The translations under genes were made by a program, and so were the position numbers. A stretch of 32,180 nt of DNA, taken from assembly GCA_900319255.1 (NCBI GenBank), contig ONNU01000158.1, forward strand, positions 1 to 32,180. Reading direction: 5' to 3'. A model generated the notes under the pieces. It searched no databases. It saw only the letters and a list, made by a program, of their open reading frames with translations, and had not been told where the DNA came from. Origin of the DNA: an uncultured Eubacteriales bacterium (GTDB lineage Bacteria; Bacillota; Clostridia; Oscillospirales; Acutalibacteraceae). This document shows, in pieces, positions 14,864 to 27,300 of this stretch (within the stretch, counting starts at the first letter, position 1; the number at the start of each line of letters is the position of its first letter).

Positions 14864-15160
14864 ATGACAACAGATGTAAAAAATGAAAATGAGGTTTACA
14901 CAATTATGATCAGCGGCAGGATAGATACTCTTACCGCGCCTGAGCTTGAGCAGAAGTTCAAGGAGATCCAGCCGGATGCAAAAAAGGTCATATTTGATAT
15001 GAAGGATGTGGAATACATTTCATCGGCTGGAATGAGAGTGCTTGTTTATGTCCACAGGGAAATGTCATCGAAGGACGGACTTGTTCTTCGCGGACTTACC
15101 AGAAACGTCAGCACCATCATCGGACTTACCGGATTTGACAAGGTACTGAATATTGAGTGA
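14864..15160 (+). CDS. STAS-domain protein (anti-sigma-factor antagonist-like), paralog 2
   Basis: 98 aa with RBS AAGAAAGAGG upstream. By my count 79 of 98 residues are identical to the STAS protein at 1376-1672. The EYISSAGMRVLV motif is retained. Confidence 0.9.
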   Translation: MTTDVKNENEVYTIMISGRIDTLTAPELEQKFKEIQPDAKKVIFDMKDVEYISSAGMRVLVYVHREMSSKDGLVLRGLTRNVSTIIGLTGFDKVLNIE

Positions 15161-15166
15161 TATTAA

Positions 15167-15179
15167 ATTACGAAGTTGA
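15167..15179 (+). repeat. 13-bp direct repeat ATTACGAAGTTGA, copy a
   Basis: Exact match to 15353-15365. Begins 6 nt after the STAS-2 stop codon. Confidence 0.85.
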
Positions 15180-15352
15180 TAGACGATTGTAAATTGGCAA
15201 ATGGTCGTCTGCCCGCCGCAGGAAGTGCCCTTGGGGTGCGGGCGGACACCTCGCCAAAAGCCTGAAAATCCTTGGAAAACGGAGAAAATTGATTATTCTA
15301 AATACAAATAAATCCGCATAAACACAGGCTTTTCTGTATTTTACAATCAGCT

Positions 15353-15365
15353 ATTACGAAGTTGA
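15353..15365 (+). repeat. 13-bp direct repeat ATTACGAAGTTGA, copy b
   Basis: Exact match to 15167-15179. Lies immediately 5' of the NRPS-2 RBS AAAGGAG. Confidence 0.85.
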
Positions 15366-15382
15366 GTAAAGGAGAATGCGTA

Positions 15383-18300
15383 ATGTACCAGAGTATCATC
15401 CGGAAAATTCTGGATAATGTCAAAAACGCCCCCGACACCATCGCGATCATTGACCAGGGCGAGGGCAATCAGTTTACCTACAGTGAATTTGAAGCATATG
15501 CTCGCAGGGTAGCAGGAAAGCTCAGCCGTCTGGGAGTGAGCCGCAATGACTTTGTAACGATCGAGCTTCCGAGAAACAAGGAATATATCGCATCAATGGC
15601 AGCTGTATGGATGACGGGAGCAGCATTTGTGCCTCTTTCACCGGCATACCCTGCCGAGAGAGTGCAGTTTATCCGCAGCGACTGCAGCGCAAAGGCTGTG
15701 ATCGACAGCGCCTTTTTAGAAAATATAGGAAACGAAGCTCCCATTGAAGATATTGCTTCAGTCGAACCCTCCGATCATTCCCTTATGATATACACCTCAG
15801 GCTCGACCGGAAAACCCAAGGGTGTACTTCATTCCCATCTCAGCATCAGCGACTCTGTATTCCGCTTTCTGGAATATGCAGACAGCCCCGCAGGCTTCCG
15901 TGCGGCGGTAGGCGCGCCGTTTACATTTGTTGCATCGGTGCAGGGCGTATTTGAGCCGCTTTGTGCCATTAACACCGCGGTGCTTGTTCCGTATGAGGCA
16001 ATGCGCGACCCTGTTCTGCTGGCAGATTTTATTGAGCAGTACCAGGTGAACAGATGTTTTATCAGCCCCAAAATGCTCAGGGTATTCAAAGCAAAGGGCA
16101 ATTCCCTTAAAATCGTATCCACCGGCAGCGAGCGTGTTTCAAATACATACAGCGCAGATTATACGATACAGGTAGCCTACGGTCAGACAGAATCCGCAGG
16201 CGCTGTTATGATGTTCAGAATTGATAAGAAATATGATAATACTCCCATCGGCAAGCCCATCGGAAATGTAAAGGCTTATCTTCTGGATGAAAATAATCAG
16301 CCTGCCGATGAAGGCGAGATGTGCCTTGCAGGCAATTTTGCAACAGGATATCTGAATCTGCCCGAGCTGACAGAAAAGACCTTTATCCCGAACCCCTTCT
16401 TTGAGCAGGACGGATTTCCGAAGCTTCTCAAAACAGGCGATATCTGCAAAAAAGGCGAAAACGGCAATTATATCTATCTGAACCGCAAGGACTGGATGGT
16501 CAAGATCAACGGTCAGCGCGTAGAACCGGGAGAGATCGAAGCTGTACTTAAAAACACTGACGGAATAGCCGATGCTGCGATCAAGGATTTTAAAAATACC
16601 TTCGGACAGGTTTATCTTGTCGCATATTATACAGAAAAGGAAGCAGTTGACGTTGAAGCGCTGAAAGCAAAGGTCTCCGCGCAGCTGCCGCCCTATATGA
16701 TACCCTCGTTCTTTGTCAGACTTGATAAGCTGCCGGTTAACCAGAACGGCAAGCTGGACAGAAACGCTCTGATCCCTCCCGAAGCAGGCGAATTCAAAAA
16801 TGAATACGCTGCTCCTGAAACAGAGCTGCAAAAGGCTCTTTGCTCAGCATTTGAAAAGATACTCGAAGCGGAGAACGTAGGTATTGACGATGATTTCTAT
16901 GCTCTCGGCGGAGATTCCATAAAGAGCGCGATGATTGCCCGTGAATGCGAGGCTTATCATCTTTCCACAGCTGTTATCCTTGCGGGCAAAACTCCCCGCG
17001 GTATCGAGCATATGATAAAGCGCTCAGCGCAGAAGGCATCTGTTGTCAGAAAGGAAAACAAGCCCAAGGTCTATCCGCTGACTTCCTCTGAACGGGGAAT
17101 GTATCTGGAGCAGAAGCTTTATCCTGATTCTGTTTCCTTCAACCTGAATATCGGCGTGATGATAAGCGGTGCAGACGCCGAAGCTGTCAGAACAACACTG
17201 GAGAGCATTTTCTCCTCACATGAAGCCTTCCGCTCCACCTACGGCGAGGAAAACGGTCTTCCTGTCCGCATCGTTACTGACAGGCTGCCCCAGATCATTG
17301 AAAAGACAGCCGCAGCAAGGGAAGATGTAATTAAGATAATTGACAGCTATGCCGAACCGTTTGATCTTTGCGCTGATATCCCGGTGCGCCCCACGCTTTA
17401 TACTATCTCAGACGGCGAGGTCATTCTCCATATGGCTATCCATCATATTGCTTTTGACGGCGGCTCTGCAAAGCCCTTTATCACAGAGCTGATTGACGGC
17501 TTGAACGGAAAAATGCCGGAGGCTGCTACGATAGATCTGTCGGATCTTTATGATTGTCAGACGGAGGAGCAGCATGAAAACGGACTTGCTTATTATCGAA
17601 ATGTCTTTGCCGATGGAGTTCCCGTGAACGAAATGCCGACTAAAGCCCGCCGCCCGAAGGTACATCCGGTTTCCGACCGGGAGATCGCCTTTGATCTCGA
17701 CACTGCTAAGGCAAGGCTGATGGATAAAGCTGCGCGCAAATTCGGCGTAACAAGATTTGAGCTGATCTTTGCGGCTATTTCTATGGCTCTCGGAAAGTAC
17801 ACCTCTTCCGAGGACGTTGTGCTGGGTATTCCCACCGATATGCGTCCCAACGGAGCGGAGGGTGTTATTGGAATGTTTGTCAATACAGCTCCCGTGCGTG
17901 TAAAACCGGTAAGAAGTATGGAGCTGAACGATTATTTTGCCGCTGTAAGCGAAGCTGTGCGCGGAGCTACATATGGAGCATCCCTGCCCTTTGAGGATAT
18001 CGTGGCGGAATTTGTCAAAACGCGCGACGAAAGCCGCAGCCCCATATTTGATGTCAGCGTAAACTATCTGCAAAAGCCGGCTGTTTACCGCAGCAGCGGT
18101 CTGATTGTGGATATGTATTCTCCATTGCAGAACATGACCCGTGATATAGCCATTGTCATAAGCAACAGCGAGGATGGTATGCGCTTCGTTGCAAGGTATT
18201 CCGGAGAGCTGTTTGAGGATGATATGATCGAAAGCTTCCTCGGACAGGTAAGGCATACTGTTGATATCTTTACAGGCAGCGAAGCTAAAACCGTCCGGGA

Positions 18301-21300
18301 TGCTCTTGCTTTGCCGGAAGCGCAGGCTGAGCGTCTGGAGGCATTTTCATCCGAAGCGACCGCAGAAATATCCGATGTACTGCTACACCGTGTCTTTGAA
18401 AGGGCAGCGTCAGCTTCACCGGAGAAAACAGCGCTCATAGCCTGCGATAAGACCGTAAGCTTTGAAGAGCTGAATAACAATGCGAACCGTATCGCCCACA
18501 GCCTTATGGAAAAAGGCATAAAGCCGGGTGACAGCGTTGTTCTGCTGCTGCCGAGAAGAAGCTTCTATTTTGAAGCAGTATTCGGCGTTTTGAAATCAGG
18601 CGCAGCCTTTGTACCCTGCGACCCTGAATATCCTCCGGACAGGATAAGCCACATTACCGAAGATTCCGGTTCGCGCTTTATCATAACGACAGAGGATCGC
18701 GCAGCAGATCATCCCTCCGAAAAGACGCTTATCATACATTCACTTTATGAAAACAGTGATACAGAGGATCCGGACGTTCAGATGTCAGGTCAGGATCTTG
18801 CGTATATGATATATACCTCAGGCTCCACAGGCAAGCCAAAGGGCGTTATGCTGACCCATGCCGGTATATGCAGCTTCTGCACCACACATCATGCAAATAT
18901 CCTGTATCAGCTTGCCGATGAGCAGATAGATACCATGCTTGCTGTCACCACCGTATCATTTGACCTTTCCCTCAAGGATACCCTTGGTATTCTTTGTAAC
19001 GGCAAGACCGTTGTATTTGCCTCAGAAACGGAGATGAATGATCCTCGTGAGCTGACAGCCCTGATAAATAAGAATCATGTGGACGCGATGAACGCAACAC
19101 CGTCCCGTTATATGCAGTATATGGAATATGAGCCATTCTGTGAAGCGCTCAGAGGCTGCACATTGGTAATGGCAGGCGGCGAGCTGTTCCCGGCAGCCTT
19201 GCTTGAAAAGCTGAAATCCCTTGAGATACCTCATATTATCAACACCTACGGTCCTACGGAAACTACCATATCCTGTAATATGGCATTTCTGCAGAATTTG
19301 GATCATGTCACAGTCGGAAGACCGCTGCTGAATTATAAAGAATATATTGTTGATAAATTCGGAGATCCGGCTCCCTGCGGAGTAGTAGGAGAGCTGTATG
19401 TGGGCGGACCGGGTGTTGCAAGAGGCTACCGGAATCTGCCTGAAAAAACAGCTCAGTCATTTGTTGATTACCGCGGACAGAGAATGTACCGCACAGGCGA
19501 TTATGCAAAATTTGACAGGGAAGGCAAGGTCTATATTCTCGGCAGACTTGACAGTCAGGTCAAGCTGCGCGGTCTGCGCATTGAGCTTTCCGAGATAGAG
19601 GAGCTTATCGCAGCGCAGCCTCACATTAAAAAAGCAGCTGTTGTCATCCGCAAGCTGGGAGGACAGGACAATCTCTGCGCCTACTTCACAGCCGATACGG
19701 AGATCGACATTAACGCATTGCGCAGCGAGCTGAAAAAGCATCTTACACATTATATGGTTCCGGCTGCATTTTTACAGATGGAGGAGCTGCCTGTTACAGC
19801 AAACGGCAAGACCGATACAAAGAGCCTGCCCGAGCTTACACTTGAAGCCCGGCAGACCACAGCGCCTCAAAGCGAAATGCAGCAGCGCATATTTGATATT
19901 GCTGCGGAGGTTCTCGGCAATAGCAATTTCGGAATTGAAACCGAATTGTATGCAGCAGGTCTGACATCACTTAACAGTGTAGGCTTCTGCATCAGACTCA
20001 GCGATGCATTCGGAGTGACCGTTCAGATCCGTGACCTGCGGGATAACGACACCATTGAAAAGCTTGAAGTCTTTATCAGGACGCTTGAACAGCAGGATAC
20101 CGAGGAATTTGAGATATTTGACGAATACTCCATTACCAAAACACAGGAGGGCATTTTCTTTGAAACAATGTCCCATCCTGATATTACGATCTATAATATC
20201 CCCACGCTTCTGAAGATAGATAAAGCAATAGATACGGAACGCCTGAAAAAGGCTGTGGCTGCTGCTGTCAACGCTCATCCGTACCTGATGACAAAAATGT
20301 TCATCAGCAAGATGGGTGAGATCAGACAAAAGAGAGCCGAAAGAAGCTTTGACGAAAGCGAGATCACCGATATCCGCTGCGGCAATATTGAAGAGGTAAA
20401 GAATGACCTTGTAAAGCCCTTTGATATTGAAAATGAAAAGCTGTACCGTTTCAGCGTGATCGAAACAGACGAAGGAAAATATCTGTTCCTTGATATACAC
20501 CATATTGTATTTGACGGCGAATCAAAGAAGATACTTCTGCGTGATATCACCGCAGCATATAACGGCGAAACGCTTACACCTGAAAAATACAGCGGCTATG
20601 AAGCTGCTTTGTCTGAGCAGAAGCTCCGCGCAGGCGAGCATTATGACAGATCAAAGAAATACTATACCGAGCTTCTGGACGGTGTTGAAAGCGACTGTCT
20701 GCCCATCGGCGATGTTCTTTCCGATTCTCAGAAAAAAGACGGCGGTACGCTGAATTTAAGCGGAAAAGAAAGCGTCCCATCATCTGTCAGAGCGTACTGC
20801 GCTGAAAATCATGTCAGTGAAAATGCATTCTATACAGCTGTATTCGGCTGGCTTCTTGGCAAATACTGCGGCAGAGAGGACGACTCATTGTTCATGACTG
20901 TCAATAACGGAAGAAACGATCCCCGTTTCCGTGACAGCGTATCCATGTTTGTACGCACATACCCCGTACTTTGCAAGCTCAGCACCAATTCTGTATCCGA
21001 CTATATCAGCGAGATCGGCAAACAGCTGTCAGACAGCCTGCAATATGACGTATATTCCTTTGCAGAGATAAGCCATGACCTTCATGTAAGCGCTGACGTG
21101 CTGTTTGTATATCAGAGCACCATGACTGACGGAAAAACATTCACCTTCTGCGGCGAAAAGGCAGAGAACGTCCCCCTGACCTTTGACGAGGAAAAGGCAA
21201 AGATCGAGCTGCTCATTTATCCCAACGGCGACACCCTGAGCTATCATGTTTCATATGATGCAAACACCTATACCGAAGATTTCATCCGGGATATGCTTGC

Positions 21301-24300
21301 GGCATATGAGCGCGCTCTTGCAGAATTTACAAAGCGTTCAGATACCTCAGAGATCCAGCTTGTTGACGAAGAGACCCTTGAAAGACTTGAAGAGAAAAAC
21401 CGCACCGAAAGTGATTATGAGATAACCGATATAGTAACACTGTTCCGCCGCCGCGCAGAGCAGTCCCCGGATAATATTGCAGTAGTATATCTCGATCACG
21501 TTTATACATATAAGGAAGTTGACCGTATCACTGAGAATATTGCATCATTCCTGAAAAGCAAGGGCATAGGGAAGGATCAGGCTGTATCCGTAATTATACC
21601 GCGCTGTGAATATATGCCCATCGCAGCTCTCGGCGTGTTAAAGGCAGGCGCAGGCTATCAGCCGCTTGACCCGAGCTATCCGCCGGAACGTCTTGAATTT
21701 ATGATACAGGATGCAGACGCAAAATATCTCATAGCTGACAGAACGCTTATGGACAGACTTCCGAATTATAACGGACCTGTACTTTATACCGATGAGATAC
21801 CCGATCTACCCGACGGTGAAAAAATAAGTGAAAACCCCGATCCGGGCGATCTGTTCATCATGCTTTATACCTCCGGCTCCACAGGCATACCAAAAGGCGT
21901 AATGCTTGAGCATCATAACCTGTGCAGCTTCTGCAACTGGTACAGACAATACTACAATATGGATGAAACGAGCCGCGCCGCAGCATATGCAAGCTATGGC
22001 TTTGACGCTCATATGATGGATATGTATCCCATACTGATTTCCGGAGGTCAGCTGCATATTATAGACGAGGCAATAAGACTTGACCTTCTGGCTATCAAGG
22101 ATTATTTCTGTAAAAACGGCATAACCCACAGCTTTATCACAACGCAGGTGGGCAGACAATATGCTGATCTGTTCCCCGATGCAAAGTATCCGCATTATCT
22201 CAGTGTCGGCGGAGAAAAGCTCGTTCCAATCGCTCCGCCTGAGGGCTTCCGTTTCTTCAACGCCTACGGTCCGACAGAATGTACTATCTTTACACATACA
22301 TATCCGGTTGATAAGATGTACAGGCGCGTTCCCATCGGAAGACCGCTGTTCAATATGAAGCAGTATGTTGTTGATAAAAACCTCAACCGGCTTCCCTTTG
22401 GTATTCCCGGCGAGCTGATAGTAGCAGGACATCAGGTGGGCAGAGGCTATCTTAACCGCCCCGAAAAGAACGCCGAGGTCTTTATCCGCAATCCCTTCTC
22501 TGATGAGCCGGGCTACGAGCATGCCTATCGCACAGGGGATATTGTGCGCATACTCAGTGACGGCAGCGTTGATATCATCGGAAGAAATGACGGTCAGGTC
22601 AAGATCCGCGGCTTCCGTATCGAGTTAAGCGAGGTCGAGGGCATCATCCGGAAGTTCCCCGGTATCAAGGATGCTACAGTACAGGCATTTGACGAAACCG
22701 GCGGCGGTAAGTTCATTGCGGCATATGTTGTTGCTGACGAGCCTGTTGATATTGACGCTCTGGGCGCTTTCATCAAACAGGAGAAGCCTGCATATATGGT
22801 TCCTGCCGTTACGATGCAGATCGACCGCATACCGCTGAATCAGAACCAGAAGGTCAACAAGCGCGCCCTGCCCGAACCGGTCAAAGCAGGAAAGACCTCC
22901 GATAATGAACATCAGGCGCGCCCTCTTACACGTTTTGAGGAAGAGATCGCATCGGTGGCAAAGCGTCTTTTAGGAGACATGGAAATGCATCCCGCAGAGC
23001 CGCTGACAAGCTATGGTCTGACAAGTATCAGCGCTATCGGACTCGTTGCAACGCTTGCAGATAAATTCAATGTGGAAATTTCTGCGCCCAGACTGCTTGA
23101 CGGCGCCAGCATCATAGATATTGAGAATATGATCTTTGAGGATTGGATGAAGCAGGGCTTTGCAAATAAACCCGAGCCTCAGAACGCCGCTGCGGAGGAA
23201 AAGCCAGTAACAGACAGAGCGCCGCTTTCAGCGGTACAGCTTGCAGTCTATTATGATGCAATGAAAAACGAAGCTGACGTTGTATATAATATTCCCATGT
23301 GCCTGCAATTTGACAAGCTGGATGCGCAGAAGCTTGCTGAGGCTGTGAAAAAGGCGGTAGCCGCACATAGCTATCTCAATACACATATAGAGCTTTGCGA
23401 CGGCGAGCTTATCCAGGTAAGGGATGACAATGTTCAGACACAGGTCGAGATCCTTACGCTTAACGAGGAAGAACTGGAGTATTACAAGAATACATTTATC
23501 CGACCCTTTGATCTGCACACAGGACCCCTTTATCGTTTTGCAGTGATCAATTCGGGAGAAAAGACCTATCTGTTCCTTGACATCCACCATCTGATATATG
23601 ACGGAATGTCAAGCGGAGTGCTTCTGCGGGATATCGGCAGAGCATATACAGGCGAAGCTCTTTCCGCAGAGGAATATACCTATTTTGATTATGCGCAGGA
23701 AAGCGATGAATTCAAGAGATCCGATGCATATGCAGAATCGGTATCATATTTTGATAAGATGTTCGAGCGCTTTGAAGCGCCCACTGAGATACCGACCGAT
23801 AAACCGGGAAGCGCAGAAAACGGCGTGATCGCCGAAGCATACTGCCCTGTTTCAAAGCAGGCTGTAGATACCTTCTGCCGTCAGAATAATATGCAGCCCT
23901 CTGCATTTTTCCTTGCTGCGGTATTCTATACAGTTTCCCGTTTTGCCGGAACAAAGAATGTTTACCTCTCCACTATTTCATCAGGACGTGAAAGTGTAAA
24001 AATGCGCCGTACAGTAGGTATGTTTGTGCATACACTTCCGCTTGCTATGAGCTTTGAAGAAAACCGCGATGTTCTGGAGCTTATCAATGCATCCAACAGC
24101 GTGATGAGGGGCAGTATACAGAATGAAAACTATCCCTTTGCTGAGATCGCCGCAAAATACGGATATAAAACCGAGATAATGTACGAATGCCAGATCGGTG
24201 TCGTTGCAGACGGCGGTGAGATCGGCGGCAATGCATATAAGAGTGTACGTCTGCGTTTTGAAGCTCCGAAATTCAAGACAGTTTTTGCTGTTGTAGAGCA

Positions 24301-27300
24301 TGATAACGACTATATGATCCTGATACGCTATAATGATGCGCTGTATTCAAAACCGTATATGCAGACGCTGGCTCAGTCGGTGAAGAATGTCACGGAAAGA
24401 ATGACAGCAGATAAATCTGCCGCAGTCAACTCTCTTCCGCTGATAACCGAAGATGAAAAGCAGTCGCTTCTTGCTTTGGGAATTTCCGCTAAGCAGGAGA
24501 TCGAAACAAAGCTTCTTCATAAGCTGTTTGAAAAAGCAGCGGCAGCCGATCCTGATAAAACAGCCCTTATTGCCTGCGATAAAACACTGACATACAGCGA
24601 GCTGAACGGAAATGCCAATCGTATCGCTCATTATCTGATGGATAAGGGAGTGAAGCCCGGAGACAGCATTGTTCTGCTGCTGCCGAGAAGAAGCAGCTTT
24701 TTCGAGGCAATGTTCGGCGTACTGAAAACGGGCGCAGCCTTTGTTCCCTGCGATCCGGAGTATCCAGCCGAAAGGATCAGCCACATAACAGACGACTCCG
24801 GCTCCCGCTTCATCATTACCACAGAGGATCATGCATCCGATTATCCGGCAGAAAAAGTCCTTTTGATAGATTCACTGTATGACAGCGATAATACAGAAAA
24901 TCCCGATGTTGCAGTGACAGGCGATGATCTTGCATATATGATCTACACCTCAGGCTCCACCGGAAAGCCCAAGGGCGTAATGCTGCGGCATGAGGGCATA
25001 TGCAACTACCTGCTGCCGCATCCCGCAAATATGCATATCTATAAGATCAGGAAGCTTGTCAGCGCATACCTTTCTGTCACCACCGTTTCCTTTGATATGT
25101 CCTTCAAGGAGCATACAGCGGCATTGTGTAACGGCAAAACTCTGGTATTTGCAGATGAGAATGAGATGAACGACCCCCGGGCGCTGGCAGAGCTTATGGA
25201 AAAGCATCATGTGGATTGTATCAATGCGACACCGTCACGTCTGCAGCAGTATATGGAATTCAAGCCCTTCAGAGAGAGGCTTGGCAGCTGCAAGGTGGTT
25301 CTTTCCGGCGGTGAAGCATATCCCATTTCCCTGAGAAATGCAATAAAGGAATGCTCGGACGATATCATCATTATCAATACCTATGGTCCTACAGAGATCA
25401 CCGTTTCAAGCAACGCTGCGATAATCAACGAAACGGATCATATCCATATCGGCAGACCGCTGTTCAATTACAGCGAATATATTGTAGATTCCGATCTGAA
25501 TCTTCTGCCCCGCGGAGTTATCGGCGAACTGCTTATCGGCGGAGCAGGCGTTGCAAAGGGATACCGTAACCTGCCCGAGCAGACCGAAAAGAGCTTTATT
25601 GAATGGGGCGGAGAGCGAGTATACCGTTCCGGCGACTATGCTAAATGGGATGCAGACGGAAATGTTATCATTCTCGGCAGAATGGACGGACAGATCAAGC
25701 TCCGCGGACTTCGTATCGAGCTTGGTGAGATCGAAGGACTTATTGAGCAGCAGCCTGGCATAAGACGCGCTGCGGCAGCTGTACGCAAGCTGAGCGGACG
25801 TGAAAATCTCTGCGCATGGTTTACTGCGGATCGTGACATCGACATTACTCAGCTGAGGGAAGCGCTTTCCCAGAAGCTGACACATTATATGGTTCCCGCA
25901 GCAATGATGCAGGTAGAATCCATTCCCGTTACACCAAACGGAAAGACAAATGTAAAAGCCCTGCCTGATCCCGAAGTTATAGACAGCGGCGAATATGTAG
26001 CGCCTGTCGGCAAGGCAGAGGAATTCTTCTGCGGACTGTTTGCCGAGATACTGGGTGTGGAAAAGGTCGGCGCTACGGATGACTTCTTCTCCATCGGCGG
26101 AACAAGTCTTGCAGTCACCGGCATTATGATAAAGGCTACCGAAAACGGCTACGAGCTTACCTACGGCGATGTATTCAAGTACACGACTCCCCGTCAGCTT
26201 GCCGCGAAATTCACAGGTGAGGGAGACACCAAGACACTTTCAGCCGCACGCTTTGATCTGTATAATTACGATAAGATCCATGAGCTGCTGTCACACAATA
26301 CATCCGGCTCCTTTGTCAACGGAGAAAAGCGCCCCATTGGCAATATCCTTCTGACAGGCGCCACCGGATTCATGGGTATCCATGTGCTTGCAGAATACCT
26401 GAATTCCTACAGCGGCACAGCATATTGTATGCTTCGCAAGGGACGCTTTGAATCCGTTGCGGCAAGGGTCAGAAATATGCTTTACTATTATTTCGGCGAT
26501 GAGTTTGAAGATAAGCTGGATCGTGTTCAGGCATTTGAGGGCGATGTAACAAGCTTTGACAGCTTCAGCCCCCTGCTTTCACTTCCGGTAGATACAGTCT
26601 TTAACTGTGCCGCAAGTGTAAAGCATTTCTCCAGCGGCACTGATATTGAGGATATCAATGTAGGCGGAGTTCAGAACTGTATCCGCTATTGTCTGGAGAA
26701 GAATTCAAGACTTATCCATTTCTCCACGACCTCGGTTGCAGGCGCAGTTGTAGCAGAACCGGGCGCGCCTCAGCGTTTCCTTGATGAGCATATTCTGTAC
26801 TACGGACAGATTCTTGAGAACCAGTATACATCTTCCAAGCTTCTTGCAGAGCGTGAAGTATTTGAAAGCATGGTTGAAAACGGACTTGATGCCAAGGTCA
26901 TCCGTGTCGGCACACTTGCGCCGCGTGAATCCGACGGCGAATTCCAGATCAACTTCCTCAGCAACAGCTTCATGGGACGCCTGAGAAGCTTTGCGATGCT
27001 GAAGGTATTCCCGTACAATATGATAAACTTCCCTGTCCGCATGGGTTCCATCGACGAAAGCGCAAAAGCGTTTATGCTGCTTGCCCAGACACCACGTGAG
27101 TGCTGTCTTTTCAATGCGATAAACACCCATTCAGCTCCGCTGGTGGATATCATCCATATAATGAAGGAGCTGGGAATAGAAATAGATATCACCTATAACG
27201 AGGTATTTGAAAAGGAGCTTGAAAAAGCAGAGGCAGATCCGGATAAGGCTGCGATCCTGCAAAGTATGCTTGCCTATAAGAACATGAACGGCAAAAATAC

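Noticed and set aside
15201-15311. 36-codon ORF (MVVCPPQEVPLGCGRTPRQKPENPWKTEKIDYSKYK) inside the 173-nt insert between STAS-2 and NRPS 2.
   Set aside because: There is no SD-like sequence upstream of its ATG. Its GC-rich part coincides with the hairpin arms, so RNA or DNA structure explains the sequence better than coding.
17408-18256. Long antisense or alternate-frame ORFs inside the NRPS genes. Examples: 16139-16831 (-), 17408-18256 (-), 19967-20503 (-), 21806-22522 (-), 24347-24832 (-), 6531-6959 (-), 5708-6181 (+).
   Set aside because: They lie entirely within ORFs that show continuous, motif-rich NRPS domains in the sense frame. They have no recognisable motifs or ribosome-binding sites. 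Low-complexity, Cys/Arg/Ser-rich translations are typical of out-of-frame reading.
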